Assembly (NCBI GenBank): GCA_040954595.2
Contig: CM082585.2
Location: 820,814-884,813 of the forward strand
Source of the DNA: Balanoglossus misakiensis
Taxonomy: Eukaryota > Animalia > Hemichordata
Direction of reading: 5' to 3'
Length of the DNA stretch: 64,000 bases
Shown: positions 1 to 12,985 of the stretch, in pieces
Position numbering within the stretch: position 1 is the first letter of the stretch
Layout of the letters: every line of letters begins with the position of its first letter
The notes under the pieces: generated by a model
Databases searched by the model: none
Seen by the model: the letters and a program-made list of their open reading frames with translations, nothing else
What the model was told of the DNA's origin: nothing
Position numbers and translations under genes: made by a program

Positions 1-59
1 GATTGATGTATAAGGTGATTTGGATGACCTCTGTCATAGAGTGCCATATCTCATCCCGT

Positions 60-520
60 TGTACAGGTGCAGCTTTGGTATTTGGAGGGATGAAACTATC
101 ATGAAATGCCAAATACAGGGGGATACCTTTGACACCTGCTTGATTCATGTATTACGTGCATACCTAATGTTAGGCAAAGTGAAAGGGCTGCAAATGTAGG
201 ATTTGTTGCACAAGACATAAACAGGAATGAAATTTTTCTGTCAAATTTTTGAATGACCTCAGGTGTCCATTGACCTGCTTTCCATATGTTAGCATGCACA
301 TCATATATAGCCACGTGTTTGGAGGGGTAGGGTAGGACCGTCATGAAATGCTAAATTCCTAGGGCCACCTGTAACTTACTTGCGTAACTCATTATTATGG
401 CCATACCTAATTTTAAAAACCCAAAGGGCGAGAATTTTCCGTTGTCTTGAATATGAACCAAATAGGAATCCAAATTTTTGGCCCAATTTTTGGGTACCCT
501 CAGCTGACCTTTGAAGTACT
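60..520. repeat. Degenerate ~245-bp tandem units of a dispersed repeat family, also at 63640-64000
   Basis: catgaaatgc...acctaat recurs at ~100 and ~342. The segment cacctgtaacttacttgcgtaactcatta resembles cacctgtgacacctgcgtaactcaata near 63685. Confidence 0.5.
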
Positions 521-816
521 TAACTGAAGTCCTTACATAACGTAGAAGTTCACTTGTGGTTGTTGTGTTTGTACTTGTAGGACATCCATTTCGGGTGGTT
601 GCCTACTTCCCCATATCTCCACATCCAGAGCAAATACAGCCTACGCAATTGAATGGTACAACCCTGAATGGAGTCTAATGGTTATTATCTCTATGCTTGG
701 GCCCCTTCAATGCTGCTTGGAGCTTTAATTATTACTATTATTGTTGTCACGATATAAAGACACCAACTAAAAACTTACAAAATCACAATGTCTTCACAAC
801 TCAAAATTTCACTCAC

Positions 817-1906
817 TTCTTTTAGTTTGGTAGCCACCCCTCCTTTCTGTCCTAGCATAACAGGAGCACCATCACTGCCCAAAGCAGACAGACGATCTCT
901 TAAGACAATACCATTCTCTGAAGAAAACTCTTTCACTGACTGTGCAATGGTGTCTGCTCTGCCATCACCAACCTAAAACAGTGAAAATAAAACCTTGATG
1001 TTAACACATGCAATGTACAACTCAATGTTTGTCTCACCTGAAATAACTAGTCAGCAAAATCAATTAAATGAGGTCACTCAAAAACATGTTTAATCGTATG
1101 TTTTTAATTCAGTGTAGACTTAAAAATTGAAAAACTTTCCACTTACTTCTTTAACTCCAAGGAAAGACACAACTGACTTCCCAGACTTCAAGGTGTACTT
1201 GGAATAGATGATTAATTGCTTCAATACAGCCACATCAGTTGTTTTCATCTATTAACAGTGAATAGAAGTTACTTCCTTTCATCTTCTCTAAAATCTCATC
1301 ACGGATGACTTTGCCTGAAAAATGAAATAAATGAAAATTACTCTTCAGATTAAACTTATCAAAATTCACAGTAATTTGTACAGTAATTATTCTTTATTGA
1401 GTGTAACACTATTGCTTAAACAGTGATCCTTTCTTGAAAACAACCAGGTTTAAATAAATGTTACTACATTGCCTACAATTTAGATCTGCACAAAAATCAG
1501 TAGACCTACTTACCAATGCAATAAACCATTATAGTTGTGGTCATCACTGCTGAGAGTACCAAGGAATGAACACCCGAGGGACTTTGCCAATTCCAAAACA
1601 TGGATGAAGTTGGTGGTGTGCGGCAATTCTCTGTGCATGAGAAAATACATGCATCGTAGGACGCCGATGCATGAAGGCTTGCGTCTCAAAGGTGATGACC
1701 TTGTCAAATGCAGCCACAAGACCGCTGCTGTTCTCGATAACTGCTGCCTCGGCGTCAAGCTGCATTGCCGCCCGGTCGATAATCGTCTCTTCATGCTGCT
1801 TGAGTTTGTCTTCGCGAAGGGTGGTACATGTACATGGAGATGTTGTAACCCAAGTCCCTCCGCACTTGGCCTTCTGCTTGTGTTTTGTACAAAGGCGACA
1901 AAACAT
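817..1906 (-). pseudogene. Intron-containing hAT-superfamily (ZNF862-like) transposase relic; exons ~1514-1906, 1147-1314, 817-972
   Basis: Exon 1 starts with a CxxC zinc-finger-like segment (MFCRLCTKH) and, after a frameshift, reads YFLMHRELPHTTNF. Exon 2 reads KVIRDEILEKMKGSNFYSLLIDE/TTDVAVLKQLIIY (first catalytic D, 1-nt frameshift). Exon 3 reads ALGSDGAPVMLGQKGGVATKLKE (second D). Borders are canonical GT-AG. No C-terminal exons were seen. Confidence 0.85.
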
Positions 1907-3037
1907 CCCTAAACTGAATAAATATCATTCTCTCAAATGCCAGCCGCATGCGGGAGCGTGCACCAGAAACAATAAATATTTACCAAGGCGGGAATGAAAA
2001 GAAAGCAGGGCGGCGCGTAAGATAGCAGGGTGGCAAAAAATAAAGGAGGGCGGGCCTGCCCAGCTAACCCCCCCCCCCAAAGTATTAACGCTCTGTGTTT
2101 ACCATAGACTAATAGTGTCTCAAATTTTACCCTGTGTGAACCTGGTAAGAGACGTGTCTCAAATCTGAGAAGATTCAGGACCACTTAAACCATTCACCAA
2201 TAATAATTTATGCCAGTATTTGATCTGAGACGTTTTAGCAATTTCTTGTGTGACCCCCATATCAGTTGAAGCTGACAAATCCAGTATTTTGAATTTTTAC
2301 ATGGATTTTGTATACAGTGTGAATTGTAATTAAAGCTCCATTACCTTTACCTTTTTCCTATGTTTTCAGTATCTTTGTTTAGCAGTTTCTTGTGCAAATT
2401 CCCGAAACATGATGAAACATATATGTGTATGGTCAGCATTGTTATTGTGCCAAATTGGAATTTAAGTCCAGACTAGAATCCATGAATTATTGTCAACAAT
2501 GACAATGGCCATTATACACATACATTCTGTGCTGACAAGTAACAATCTGTGTGGAGTAGAACATGAAATCGCATTTGCTACATAGAACAAAAATACTGGA
2601 AATAAAGCCAAAAGATACAACGAATGTATATTTAACTTTAACTGCATTCTCATTCTCATCTGTATATATTTTACTGAGATTGTTTCATCAGGGTTTATCA
2701 GTATTCTAAACCAGCTTATGTGTGCATACAATCTGATTAAAATCAGATGTAGGGTACGGCGACGTCTTTTACTTCGCAGTACGGTATTCTTATACTGTCG
2801 CCTCACACTACATCTGACCAACTCCCATAGAAGCTCCCGTTGAAAACTCTAGTAAACCAATCAGACGGTGCCTTATAGAGAACTTTAGGTATCCTTCAGT
2901 TTTGATTGACATAACGTGCAATCTGATTGGCTTGGCCGCAACGGGACGTTGAACAAGCTTCTATATCTGATTCATATAATACTGAAAGGGTTAAGAATGG
3001 CACACACTACATGTATGAGCTCATGGAATGTGTTTCT

Positions 3038-3888
3038 TCCCATAGGATAACATTAAGAATTGATAGAAAACCCTTTTCTACTATTGTAATTTTAAGAAGT
3101 TTCACTCATAACTCATCCAAATGAAATTAAATTGAGTGATTCATATAAGTTGTAGGCTCACCACTGTGCTCAGTTTTGAGATAAACTTAAATGTGTCCAT
3201 GCCTATAGAAAAATAACATAGAAAGACCTATGGTGAAAAATGTTGACTTTAATTCAGGCTGCATTAGTGGAAAAATAATCATACTTTGTCTGGCATAGAA
3301 ACTCAGAATCTACAAAAAAGGCCTTTAAAACATGAATGGAAATGAAAATACTGCTACAATAAGAAATTCTTACCTTGAATAAAGTATTTATTGGTACCAC
3401 CACTTCCATAAAGAAACCACTTTGCTGGTGTAATGAGTTGTCAATCTGGGTTTGCTCATTGGCCTTGCTTTGAGTTCCAATTCATGATGATGGTGTATTA
3501 GGACACTGGACTTGAAACAGGTGTATGCTGGTATTATACACGTTGAAAGTATTGTCATTCTTTTAATTGTGGATTTTTGGATTATGCTGTGTATGTATAA
3601 TGAGAATCCGTTAAAAATTGTAGGGGTCATTGCCCTTTTTAAAAAAAATACAGAGCCATGAATTTAGTTGATAATAGAAGAAATTTGCTGTCTCAGCATT
3701 TTTCACCAATGGTTTGTCTATGGGCGAAGATTTTAACGCAATTTATCTCATAATAGAGCTTGGTGACCACATAATTTTTTTTGACCAATGAATTTACGTT
3801 TACTTGACTGAGCTATGTGTAAAATTTCGTGAAAAAGACAATAGTAGAAGTTTGTTTTCTGGCAATTATCGATGTAATCCTTTCAGGA
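3038..3888. mobile_element. MITE with long imperfect terminal inverted repeats; related pieces at ~38920-39265, ~40315-40460 and ~58230-58535
   Basis: The left end cccataggataacatt...cttttctactattgt is the imperfect reverse complement of the right end acaatagtagaagtttgttttct...tgtaatcctttcagga. The right half recurs almost verbatim at ~39 kb. Confidence 0.65.
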
Positions 3889-4241
3889 ACAGACACACAT
3901 GCACTGTTTATCAGTTTATGTTGTGCGTGTACATCCTTAAATGGTATTTGCCTCTCATGCCTTCCAAATTGTGATTCTGTTCTAGTGTTTTTGTTAAGGG
4001 CGGTACCTAGATAAAATCTACCGGAGTACCCCAGTCACTCCGAATTAAAACAACAGAACAAGGCCAATGTCACAGTGGTCAGGCAGTCTACCAGAGTTCC
4101 CCAGTCATTTTACCGGGGTTCCCCTGGGTGTATCAATGTGGTTATATTAGGAGGTTATAGGAATATTAACGGGGTTCCCAAATCCATTACCAGTGTTCCC
4201 CGACCTTTGCAAAAACACTGTGTTCTTTTTATCCTCCACAG

Positions 4242-4452
4242 GAAGAGACAAAGAAAAGCATAGCAACCTCTGCTGATACTGCCACAACAAGCACAAGCAC
4301 AAACACACCCCAGCCTGTAGCTTCTGCGAACCAACAACCCCCACCCTATCCAGCCGCAGCATACCAGCAACACTTCCAGCAGATGTCATACCCGAACCCA
4401 TTCGTGTCTCAGTACGCTGCGTTTGCAGGAGCCGGACAGCCGCCACGATATA
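4242..4452 (+). other. Orphan exon-like coding segment, Ser/Thr/Gln/Pro-rich with a PPPY motif
   Basis: Strong acceptor ttctttttatcctccacag, then open frame EETKKSIATSADTATTSTSTNTPQPVASANQQPPPYPAAAYQQHFQQMSYPNPFVSQYAAFAGAGQPPRY. It is GC-richer than its flanks and runs into a repeat with no clear donor. Confidence 0.5.
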
Positions 4453-4459
4453 ACATCAA

Positions 4460-5978
4460 TTATATTTGTTTTCTGAAAATGCCTATTGTTGACCAAAAGA
4501 TGGCTAAATGGCAATTTTGTACTGAGCGGGGTGTCTCAATAAGACCGTTGTGCTGGTATCAGCATATTTTTTGCACACACACACACACAAAAAACGAATT
4601 TACATACATCACAAGGGCTCTGAATATAAAGGAATAAGTTTGTATTTATTTTTTCTAACAGTTACCTTTTTGAGCAAAGAGGCCAAAATGATATTTTTTT
4701 CCCTCAGTGGGGTCAGTAAGAGTGGGTTTTTTAGTACTTTTATTTATCATTTGATCACCAATGGGAAGAAAATGGCATAATTTTCGTATTTTCTAGAAAT
4801 GACACTTTTTGGGCAAAAACTTGCCAAAAAGGCACTTTTATCTTGAGTGGCATCAATAAAACTGCTTTTTTGGAAACTTTTCACATACAGTGGGCATATA
4901 ATTCATTATCAGATCTCCGAAAGTGAAGAAAATATATAAATTTTGAGTGTTTTCTGAAAATGACGTTTTGGGGGCAAAAAGTGGCAAAATGGCATTTTTT
5001 CTTGAGTAGGATCAATAAGACTGCTATTTCTGGAATCAGCACCATTTTTTACATAGGATGAACATTTCATATATCACATGATCTCTGAGCTTTATGAAGA
5101 AAAGTTTGTTTTTAAATTTTTTTCTAAAAATGGCCTTTTTGGGCAAAAACTTTCCAAAAGGGCATTTTTGCATTAGGTTGGGTCAATAAATCTGCTTTTT
5201 TTCGAATAATCACCAGATTTTACATAGGGTGGGCATATAATACATTATCAGATCTCCGAAAGTGAAGAAAATATATAAATTTTGTGTGTTTTCTGAAAAT
5301 GACGTTTTGGGGCAAAAAGTGGCAAAAATGGCATTTTTTCTTGATTAGGGTCAATAAGACTGCTATTTCTGGAATCAGCACCATTTTTTACATAGAATGG
5401 ACATTTCATATATCCAATGATCTCTGAATATGATAAACACAATTTATTTTTAGTTTTTTTGTAAAAATGACCTTTTTTGACCACAAAAAGTGGCCAAAAA
5501 TGGCATTTTTGTATTGATTGAGGTCAAAAAGACTGCTTTATTTTTTAAAGTCACCACTTTTAACATAGAATTGACTTTCCATATATCACCAGATCAATCA
5601 TTATGAAGAAAACCGTGTGTTTTATTTTTTTTCTAAAAATGACGTTTTTGGGGCAAAAATTGGTCAAAAAGGCAATTTTCTGTTGTTTTGGGTCAATCGA
5701 ACTACTTTTTTCGTAATATTCACCAAATTTTACATAGAATAAGCATATCATATGTTATCAGATCTCAGAATGTGACGAAAACAATGTGTTTTTAGTGTTT
5801 TCTAAAAAAAGACCATTTTGGGGTTAAAAATGGCCAAAATGGCAATTTTGTCTTGAGTGGGGTTAATAAGACTGACTTTTTTGGAATGAGCACCATTTTT
5901 TACATAGAATGGACTTCTCAAACCTTCCTTACCAAAAATTCTGATTAACGGCACCTATCTCATAGTGTAACCAGACTA
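4460..5978. repeat. Degenerate ~170-bp tandem array with ~340-bp dimer structure, likely internal to a non-autonomous DNA element
   Basis: The anchor tttct(g/a)aaaatgac recurs at ~4790, 4950, 5121, 5290, 5460, 5630 and 5798. Alternate units are more alike (4905-5090 vs 5245-5425). Confidence 0.75.
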
Positions 5979-7551
5979 CAAGTGAAGAACCCCAGTAACA
6001 GACGTAACGAACAAACAAACTACATGTACTAACAACAAAGCAAGAAAAGTGTCAAGCGTCGTCAAAGAAAACGAAATAGTTCTAGCATGGTTGGTAAAAG
6101 TTATTGGTAGAAAACGAATAGGGCCTTCTACAAATGACGTCTCAGACCCGCAACCGCCACCAGAACACAAAACACATGCACAGAACAGTTTAAGCCGGTT
6201 GTTGTATGGAGCAGCAATAATCTGCGGTTGGGCCGTCGTAGATTTTCGCTGGTGGTGAAAATAAATAAAACACGATCGATGTTCGATTTATTCCAGATCA
6301 CATGCGTTTACGGCCAGAAGAGAGCATAAAAGTCTTCAAATGACCATGTGGTGGCGCACTTTTTCCGATTGGCTGTATTTCAATTTGTTCGTGGTAAATT
6401 AATTTTGTGGAGGTGACCGGCACTGAAGCTCTTAGCTAGGATGAGGTGGGATGGAAAAATGCCCCATTTGACTCATTTTAGCTGTTTTAAAATATACGAC
6501 TATTTATAGACAAAAGGAAAATAAAACAAGCGCAAAAACATACCAAACCTAGTTTTATTAATTACAAAAAAAATTGCTGAGTAAAGGTTTTCATGTGGGC
6601 ATTCACTTTGAACTTGCTAAATTAATTTAAAGAGACAAAGTCGCTCTCTCTTTGTCCTTTTGCGATGATGGAATGCTTGCTTGAAGTCTCTCGTGCAATA
6701 AATGATGTCGATTCATACATGTATGGATGGTGTATAGGTGGTCGGAATTTACATGTCTTTGCCACGTCCAAACCAAAAACACATAAAATCAAACTTTGGG
6801 TCATGAAATCGAGTTTTGTTACAGTCTAGAATTTCATGCCACCCCTTTTGGTCATATTATTCTTGGTAGGCAAAAGTGACAAGTAGTCAAGTTTCAACAC
6901 AGGCAACATTTTTACAAACAAACCACAAAGAAGACATCAAAAGGGAGAGAATTATAGAATGGTCAATGTGTGAATAGTTAAGATACGTAAAGTGGCCGGG
7001 TTCAACATAACATTAACTCATCGACTTCATATCGTCTTCATGCCATGGTTTTGCCTGCCCTGAAAGTTCTTGTCGTTGCAGAAGTGGTTTTGACAGAAAG
7101 AATTTAGTCTTCCGGGATGTTTGTGATTATTTGAACACCAGACAATACAATGCAACCTTGACTTCCAAAATACTTACAGGCATTGCATTATCTTACCATA
7201 GTTAGGCCTACAGAGAACAAATTTTCAACAATATTTTCTGAGTTACCGCTGATATTTGTTTTGTAGTATGGATATTAAATTATACATCCCGATACAAAAC
7301 AGAATGTTATAGAATCCTTCCTGAGTGATATTGAAAAAAATACCGGAATGCTATAGCCTAATCTATGGTTAGGGTTATTGCTATTATTTTATATCAGTAA
7401 TCGACTTTGTGTATATCAATGTCATTTTCATAACGAAAATGAACTCGAGTCTAATGTAAACGTTACGAATTGATCGAAAGGCGCTCTGATGAATGTTAAC
7501 ACGAGTGCGCAATGACAAGACATGCATCGTGCATGACAGTGACAACAGTTC

Positions 7552-7675
7552 CAATAGAGCAGTTAAAAAATAAACCGGCCGTCCGTAAATTTATCAGCTA
7601 TATTTTTTTTATTTAGTCACGTTTTCCCTGTTGCATGCTATTAGTTCAGGGGCCAGTTTTAGCAGTGCTCTATTG
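7552..7675. mobile_element. Small MITE-like element
   Basis: Inverted ends caatagagca...tgctctattg. Confidence 0.35.
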
Positions 7676-7689
7676 AGTACTTTCGTATC

Positions 7690-8000
7690 GATGGATTGAT
7701 CTCTCGTCCAATCAGAATGGCGGATGGTAGCATGATCCGACATATTGCGTATTACAATAGGGCTTCCTCATACAGGTCAGAACAGAGAGGTCATTCCTTT
7801 TATTTTAGGACGTCTCAGCTCCTTTGTCTTTTCTGTTATTTTTTGACAAATGCGGATTGACGTTCCATTTCCAATTGGCGATAATTATATTTATTTGTAT
7901 TTTATTGCATAAGCGCTTGCTAGTCGTTTTTTAGCAATTTTTTTGTAGTACAAAAACACTGAAGAAAACGAAATATTTTATTCATTCGCACTTCCAAAGA
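7690..8000 (+). promoter_or_regulatory. Possible promoter of the small-exon plus-strand transcript
   Basis: Locally CpG-rich, with CCAAT boxes at ~7708 and ~7871 and an Inr-like tcattc at ~7982. Motif-level evidence only. Confidence 0.25.
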
Positions 8001-8543
8001 ACACCGTGACATAATTCCTCAATTTGCATTTCAGTGTGTGTGTCTGGTGTGTCTGCATTGACGTGAGGCGCATTCTCCACCCGCACACATACGTTGCATT
8101 GCATTCTTTGACTAATTAGTGTTACGTCATGTTGAAGCAGGATTCTGATTGAGTAGTAAGTAAGTTGCATAATTGACGCACAGCTGGTGCCTCGTTCTCG
8201 TACCGCTGACCATTGCATTTGAAAAATCATTGCAGCTTTGACGTTCATCAAGCATGGAGGTCCCGGTCGCCTCCATGCTTGATGATGTCGTTTCTCTGGT
8301 AAGCATGGCATTTAATGTTATTTTACAAGTACATGTACACTCCTTCTAGCAAAAACTGGTCGTGGTAGGGCGAGAGGGTCCTCCCAACATCGAAATTCTG
8401 ACTTTGGGAAGCGTTACAGCACCAAACAGTAAACTCACAGTCGCATGGAATTTGTGCGTTATATTACACCGTGCGAGTAAATTGTACGTCGTTCGTTGGC
8501 TCGAGTCAGCTTTGTTATTGTGGAGCAGGTTGTACCGTAACAC

Positions 8544-8957
8544 CACAGGGGGCTCTCCCTAGGCGATTTTATTGTTTGTTTGTTGTTGTTGATTGGCATA
8601 ATAAACAAATACATATTTCTTTATTAATAAATATGGTTTGTTGACATGTAAGGGTTAGGTTATTAGGGTATATTTGACAGGTTATGGTATATTCAACGGT
8701 TAGAATTAGTGTTGGCATTTTTTCGATCCATGGCCGGCATCACCCCCCCAAACCCCCCCCCCCACCCCCTGTGGCTTAGTGATGCCCGGGGCCGTGGATC
8801 GAAAAAAAATGCCAACAGTAACCCTAACTGTTGAATATACCCTAACACTTACATGTCAACAAACCATATTTATTAATAAAGAAATATGTATTTGTTTATT
8901 ATGCCAATCAACAACAACAAACAAACAATAAAATCGCGGAGGGAGGAGCCCCCTGTG
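8544..8957. mobile_element. Fold-back MITE, possibly P-element-like
   Basis: ~200-bp imperfect TIRs starting CACAGGGGGC. Direct repeat GTAACAC at 8537-8543 and 8958-8964 (alternatively a 5-bp TAACA TSD). Confidence 0.85.
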
Positions 8958-9111
8958 GTAACACACTACAGTATAACTTTTAAGGCAAAGCGATAGCGAA
9001 TAAACTGACCAGGGTTGGTTTTGTTGTTGGGGAGATTTTTGGCACCATTGAGACTGTTATAAGCTACCAGTGGGAGCTATGGTATAGCCGTTAACACGCA
9101 GCCCTGCCACG

Positions 9112-12100
9112 CAGAGCTTCTATGACTGGTTACTAACTTCTATGTCTATTTGATTCACAGATGCTGCCTGAAACTGTCTGCGTTTCAACTCGGGATTCTC
9201 TTCCTTGTCCGGGGCGAGTTTAAGACCGCTCAATGGTAAGCATGACTTGCTTTATATTTGCTTTTATCGGGTGTTGCAACCGAAACAATAGGAAGAAATG
9301 TATGTCTACGAACTAATTTACATATTCCGGCTTTCAATACAATGCACCTGTTTTTTCCCCTTCGAATTCTGGCCTCGATTGCTTGTGATATGATCGTGAT
9401 GTCATGAATTAGATGGACAACTCACAAGTTCAAATCTTCACGTGGAGCATAAAATAAATGTGGATGCATTTCCTTAAAGGGACAAAGTCTCTCTCTCGCT
9501 GCCCTTTTTTCCATTAATTATATTTGATACAAGACACCGTTTGTTATTCTACATGTAGATATATAGTGAATGAACGTTCAGCCACACACAACTTCCGTCC
9601 CACTTGTAGACACGAGAGTAAAAATACTCGCCAAAATGAATAATCGTTCTTTACCATTTATTCATTTTGGGCGAGTTTTTACTCTCATATCATACAAGCG
9701 GGATGGAAGTTTTGTGTGGTTGATCATTTATTCACTATATATCCAAATGTACATTGACATAAACAGTGTCTTGTATCAAACATAATTAATGGAAAAAGGA
9801 CAGCGACAGAGAGACTTTGTCCCTTTAACCATATAGCTAAAATTACTCCCATATCAATACACAGGGAGATACTTTAACTTTGGCTGAACGTGTGCTAGTC
9901 CAACACTATGCTTAATCAAACTGGCTAAGAGATCTGTTATTATATTAGACGCATGAAGGAAAGTAATGTTGTTTAGAGTGAAATAAAACAATACTTTAGG
10001 CCAGAAAGAAAAATGTAAATCATGACACAAATAGGCTGGAAATTTTTTCTGACCCTATATTATACCATGTTTTGCATATTTTCACTAATTTGTATGGCCC
10101 ACATAATTCTAAAGCAAGGTTGATTGGTTACTAATTAATATTTGCATATATTTGATTCACAGTCTTAAACACAGCATTTCAACGTATGCCGGAGGAGGAA
10201 GAGAATACCTAGGCCTGATCCAAGACCGCTTTCCGGTAAGCACACCTTGCTGTATACATGCTCCATAGCTTGTTTGTAAATGCTACCTTTTCCCATCAAA
10301 TAGTGAAGTCACCCTTTTAAAATTATGGTGGTGGCAAGCCACAACTGGTTATCATGAAGAGTTGGACACCACTAATAATCATTTTAATATTTTCCAATTG
10401 GTAACCTTTATGTACCACTATCCTCAACAATTTCAGTCAACAACATTCATATTGCGCTGTATAGCAAGGCCAAACAAATATGACTGATTGATAGGGATTT
10501 TTCTGAAAATGTGACAAAATCAACAAATAAACAATAATCAGTCACCAATCATGCATTATGTGTTATTCGAGGGAACCTGAGCGGGTCCCATAAACCTGCC
10601 AACCCATGCTAGCCATGACTTTACAAATGTTTCCGTCATACTATGCAGAAAATTCTGGCTGCCTTAAATAGGTTTTTCACTTTGCGCTAGGTGTCAAATC
10701 TCATTGCATTTTGGGCGGAAAGTCCATAACCAACTGTAGTAAGAGATAGAAGAAATGATATGTTTACTGTATTTCATGACTTCCTTCGGTCAAACATTTC
10801 TGTCTCGGTAGTTAGCATATTAAACTTTTTTTCACTTTTGCTATTTTTTCTGTTAAAAAGTTCAAGAATGACCCATCATCATTTTAGCTTATGAACTCCC
10901 ATTTCTTTAACATGGCAAAAATCGGCCATCTTGAAATTATCGACCGTATGAGATTTTCATCACTCATTTAGGGTAGCTTAAAACGTGTTTAAAGTAGGGA
11001 GAATTGTATAGGCAAGACTTGGGCTGTAAATTTGATGAAATAGCTACATGACTATTGTTCACAAGCAGCTGACTGTACTGTAAGACTGGAAGTGTTGTGT
11101 ACATATTTTACATATTCAATATTTGTAATTAGACCATGTCATGTATATCTTGGGGATTGCTCGATCACAATGTCTCTGCTGGTACAATGTCCTTTTAACA
11201 TGTTCAGTAATATGGTAGTAATTGTAAGTTTGTGTGCGGCATTTGTAAATTATTTACAATTTATAAATTATTTTTTAAGTTTCTTCATTCTCAAATTGCT
11301 TGCCTAACGTACTGCATTAACATTTAAATTTTGGTATGATTTTGAGTAGACTTTTTGTTTCAAAATTATTTTTGACACTTTTGGGTGATATGATTTTACA
11401 TGGAAAATCTGATTTCCCTGTAATTCGGTTGACAGGATTTTCATCATATCTCTAAATCATGAAGTACATGTATCAGACTTGCATCAGGCCCCCAAAATTC
11501 TAGTCGCCTTTGGCAAGTAATATTAGCCATTGATCTGGGAAAGTTACAAAAATGTGTTGTCCAAGGACGTTGAAGGTACATGTGGTTTTTACACTTGCTG
11601 CATGTTTATAATTTGCAATAGAAATAGACACTCAGTGCCAGCCCACTATCCCGTCTCTTTATTGCTGACTTGTATGTATGTACGTATGTACGCATTTTAT
11701 CAGAATTATTAGGTCCCATTTGGTATATGTATTTATACCATGGTACCTTACGGGATCAGTTGCACCTGTATGTATGGATGTTTGTATGTCCATCAACATC
11801 AAACATTTGGAAACTACTGGCATTTCACCTTGATATTTAATGTGCAGACAGGGCAGTAGATGGGAGTTTGTCTAAGTGAAGTTGTCATTGCCAAAATATG
11901 CAAATTAGCTGGGAAAGTGTCAAATTCGTCAAAACTTGGGAACTCAACAACTACTGGGCAAATTGCTTTCAAAATTGATAATTGGTATGCATGTACCTTA
12001 TGGTATCCTCTCACAATTCTACATGTTGTGAGCTAATAATGTGAATTTTCTATTTTTAAGCATTTTTTTTGTCTCTTTCCACATTGTCGGTAAAAACCTA

Positions 12101-12985
12101 CTTTTCTGGAATTGATCAGCTGACTTGTTTGAAATTTATTATGAAGCTTCATAGGTGATCTGAGTTACCAACCATAGTTTTGTTTAAATTGTTGCCAAAA
12201 ATTGCGTATTTATAATTTTGGAGCAATTTTTAGGTCCCATTTGGTTTATGTACATATATACGATTGGGACCTTATGGAATCAGTTGCATTTGTATGTATG
12301 AGTGAATGGATGAAAACCGCTGGGCATATCACTTCCATATTTAGTGTGTAGATGCAGACGGGGCTGTAGATGGGATTTTGTTCAAATGAAATTGTCATTG
12401 CCAAAATATTACCTGTGTAAATGTGAAATTGGTCAAAAGTCAGAAACTTGACAACCACTGGTCAGATTGGTATGTCAATGAACCCCATACAGTCCTGTAT
12501 GTTGTGAGCTAATATTATGAATTTTCTAATGTTTATTAATTTTTTTTGTCTTTTTCCACATTATTGGTAAAAAAAAATCTTCACTTCTGAAAGCGATAGT
12601 CCGACTCCTTCGAAATTTAGTATGAAGCTTCCTATGGGTGGTCCGAGTTACCATATTTTTTGTTCAGATTGTTGTAAAATAGGCATATTTATAATTTTGA
12701 GCAATTTTGCCAATTAAGGTCAGAATGCTTTGCAATTTGGTAGGCAGATTCCCAGGGGTAACCCAAGGAAGATGTCATAAAAATGGTTAAAACTGCGTGC
12801 TTGTGTTATTGGGGATATTTTTTGCAATCTTTGTCAAAAACTGTTTTCTGTTAAACCGTTCAAACCCTTGTCAGATTGCTTTGAATTTTGGCAGGAATGT
12901 TCCTTGTAGTGATTGAAGTAAGATGGTGTACAATTATAGAGATGTTTGCATATTTGTGTTTTTGCCACTTTTGAACAAATGTGTT
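9112..12985 (+). repeat. Local segmental duplication, copy 1
   Basis: Colinear with ~15598-20845 from agagc(t/a)ctatgactggttactaac to gccacttttgaacaaatgt, differing by several insertions and deletions. Confidence 0.9.
9478..9824. mobile_element. TTAA-flanked MITE (Kolobok-like), family A
   Basis: TIR agggacaaagtctctct, with TTAA at 9474-9477 and 9825-9828. The paralogous site at 15943-15946 has a single TTAA. Confidence 0.92.

Noticed and set aside
2742-2960. Inverted segments with CCAAT boxes as a promoter or ncRNA
   Set aside because: Better explained as small degenerate MITE fragments; no linked gene.
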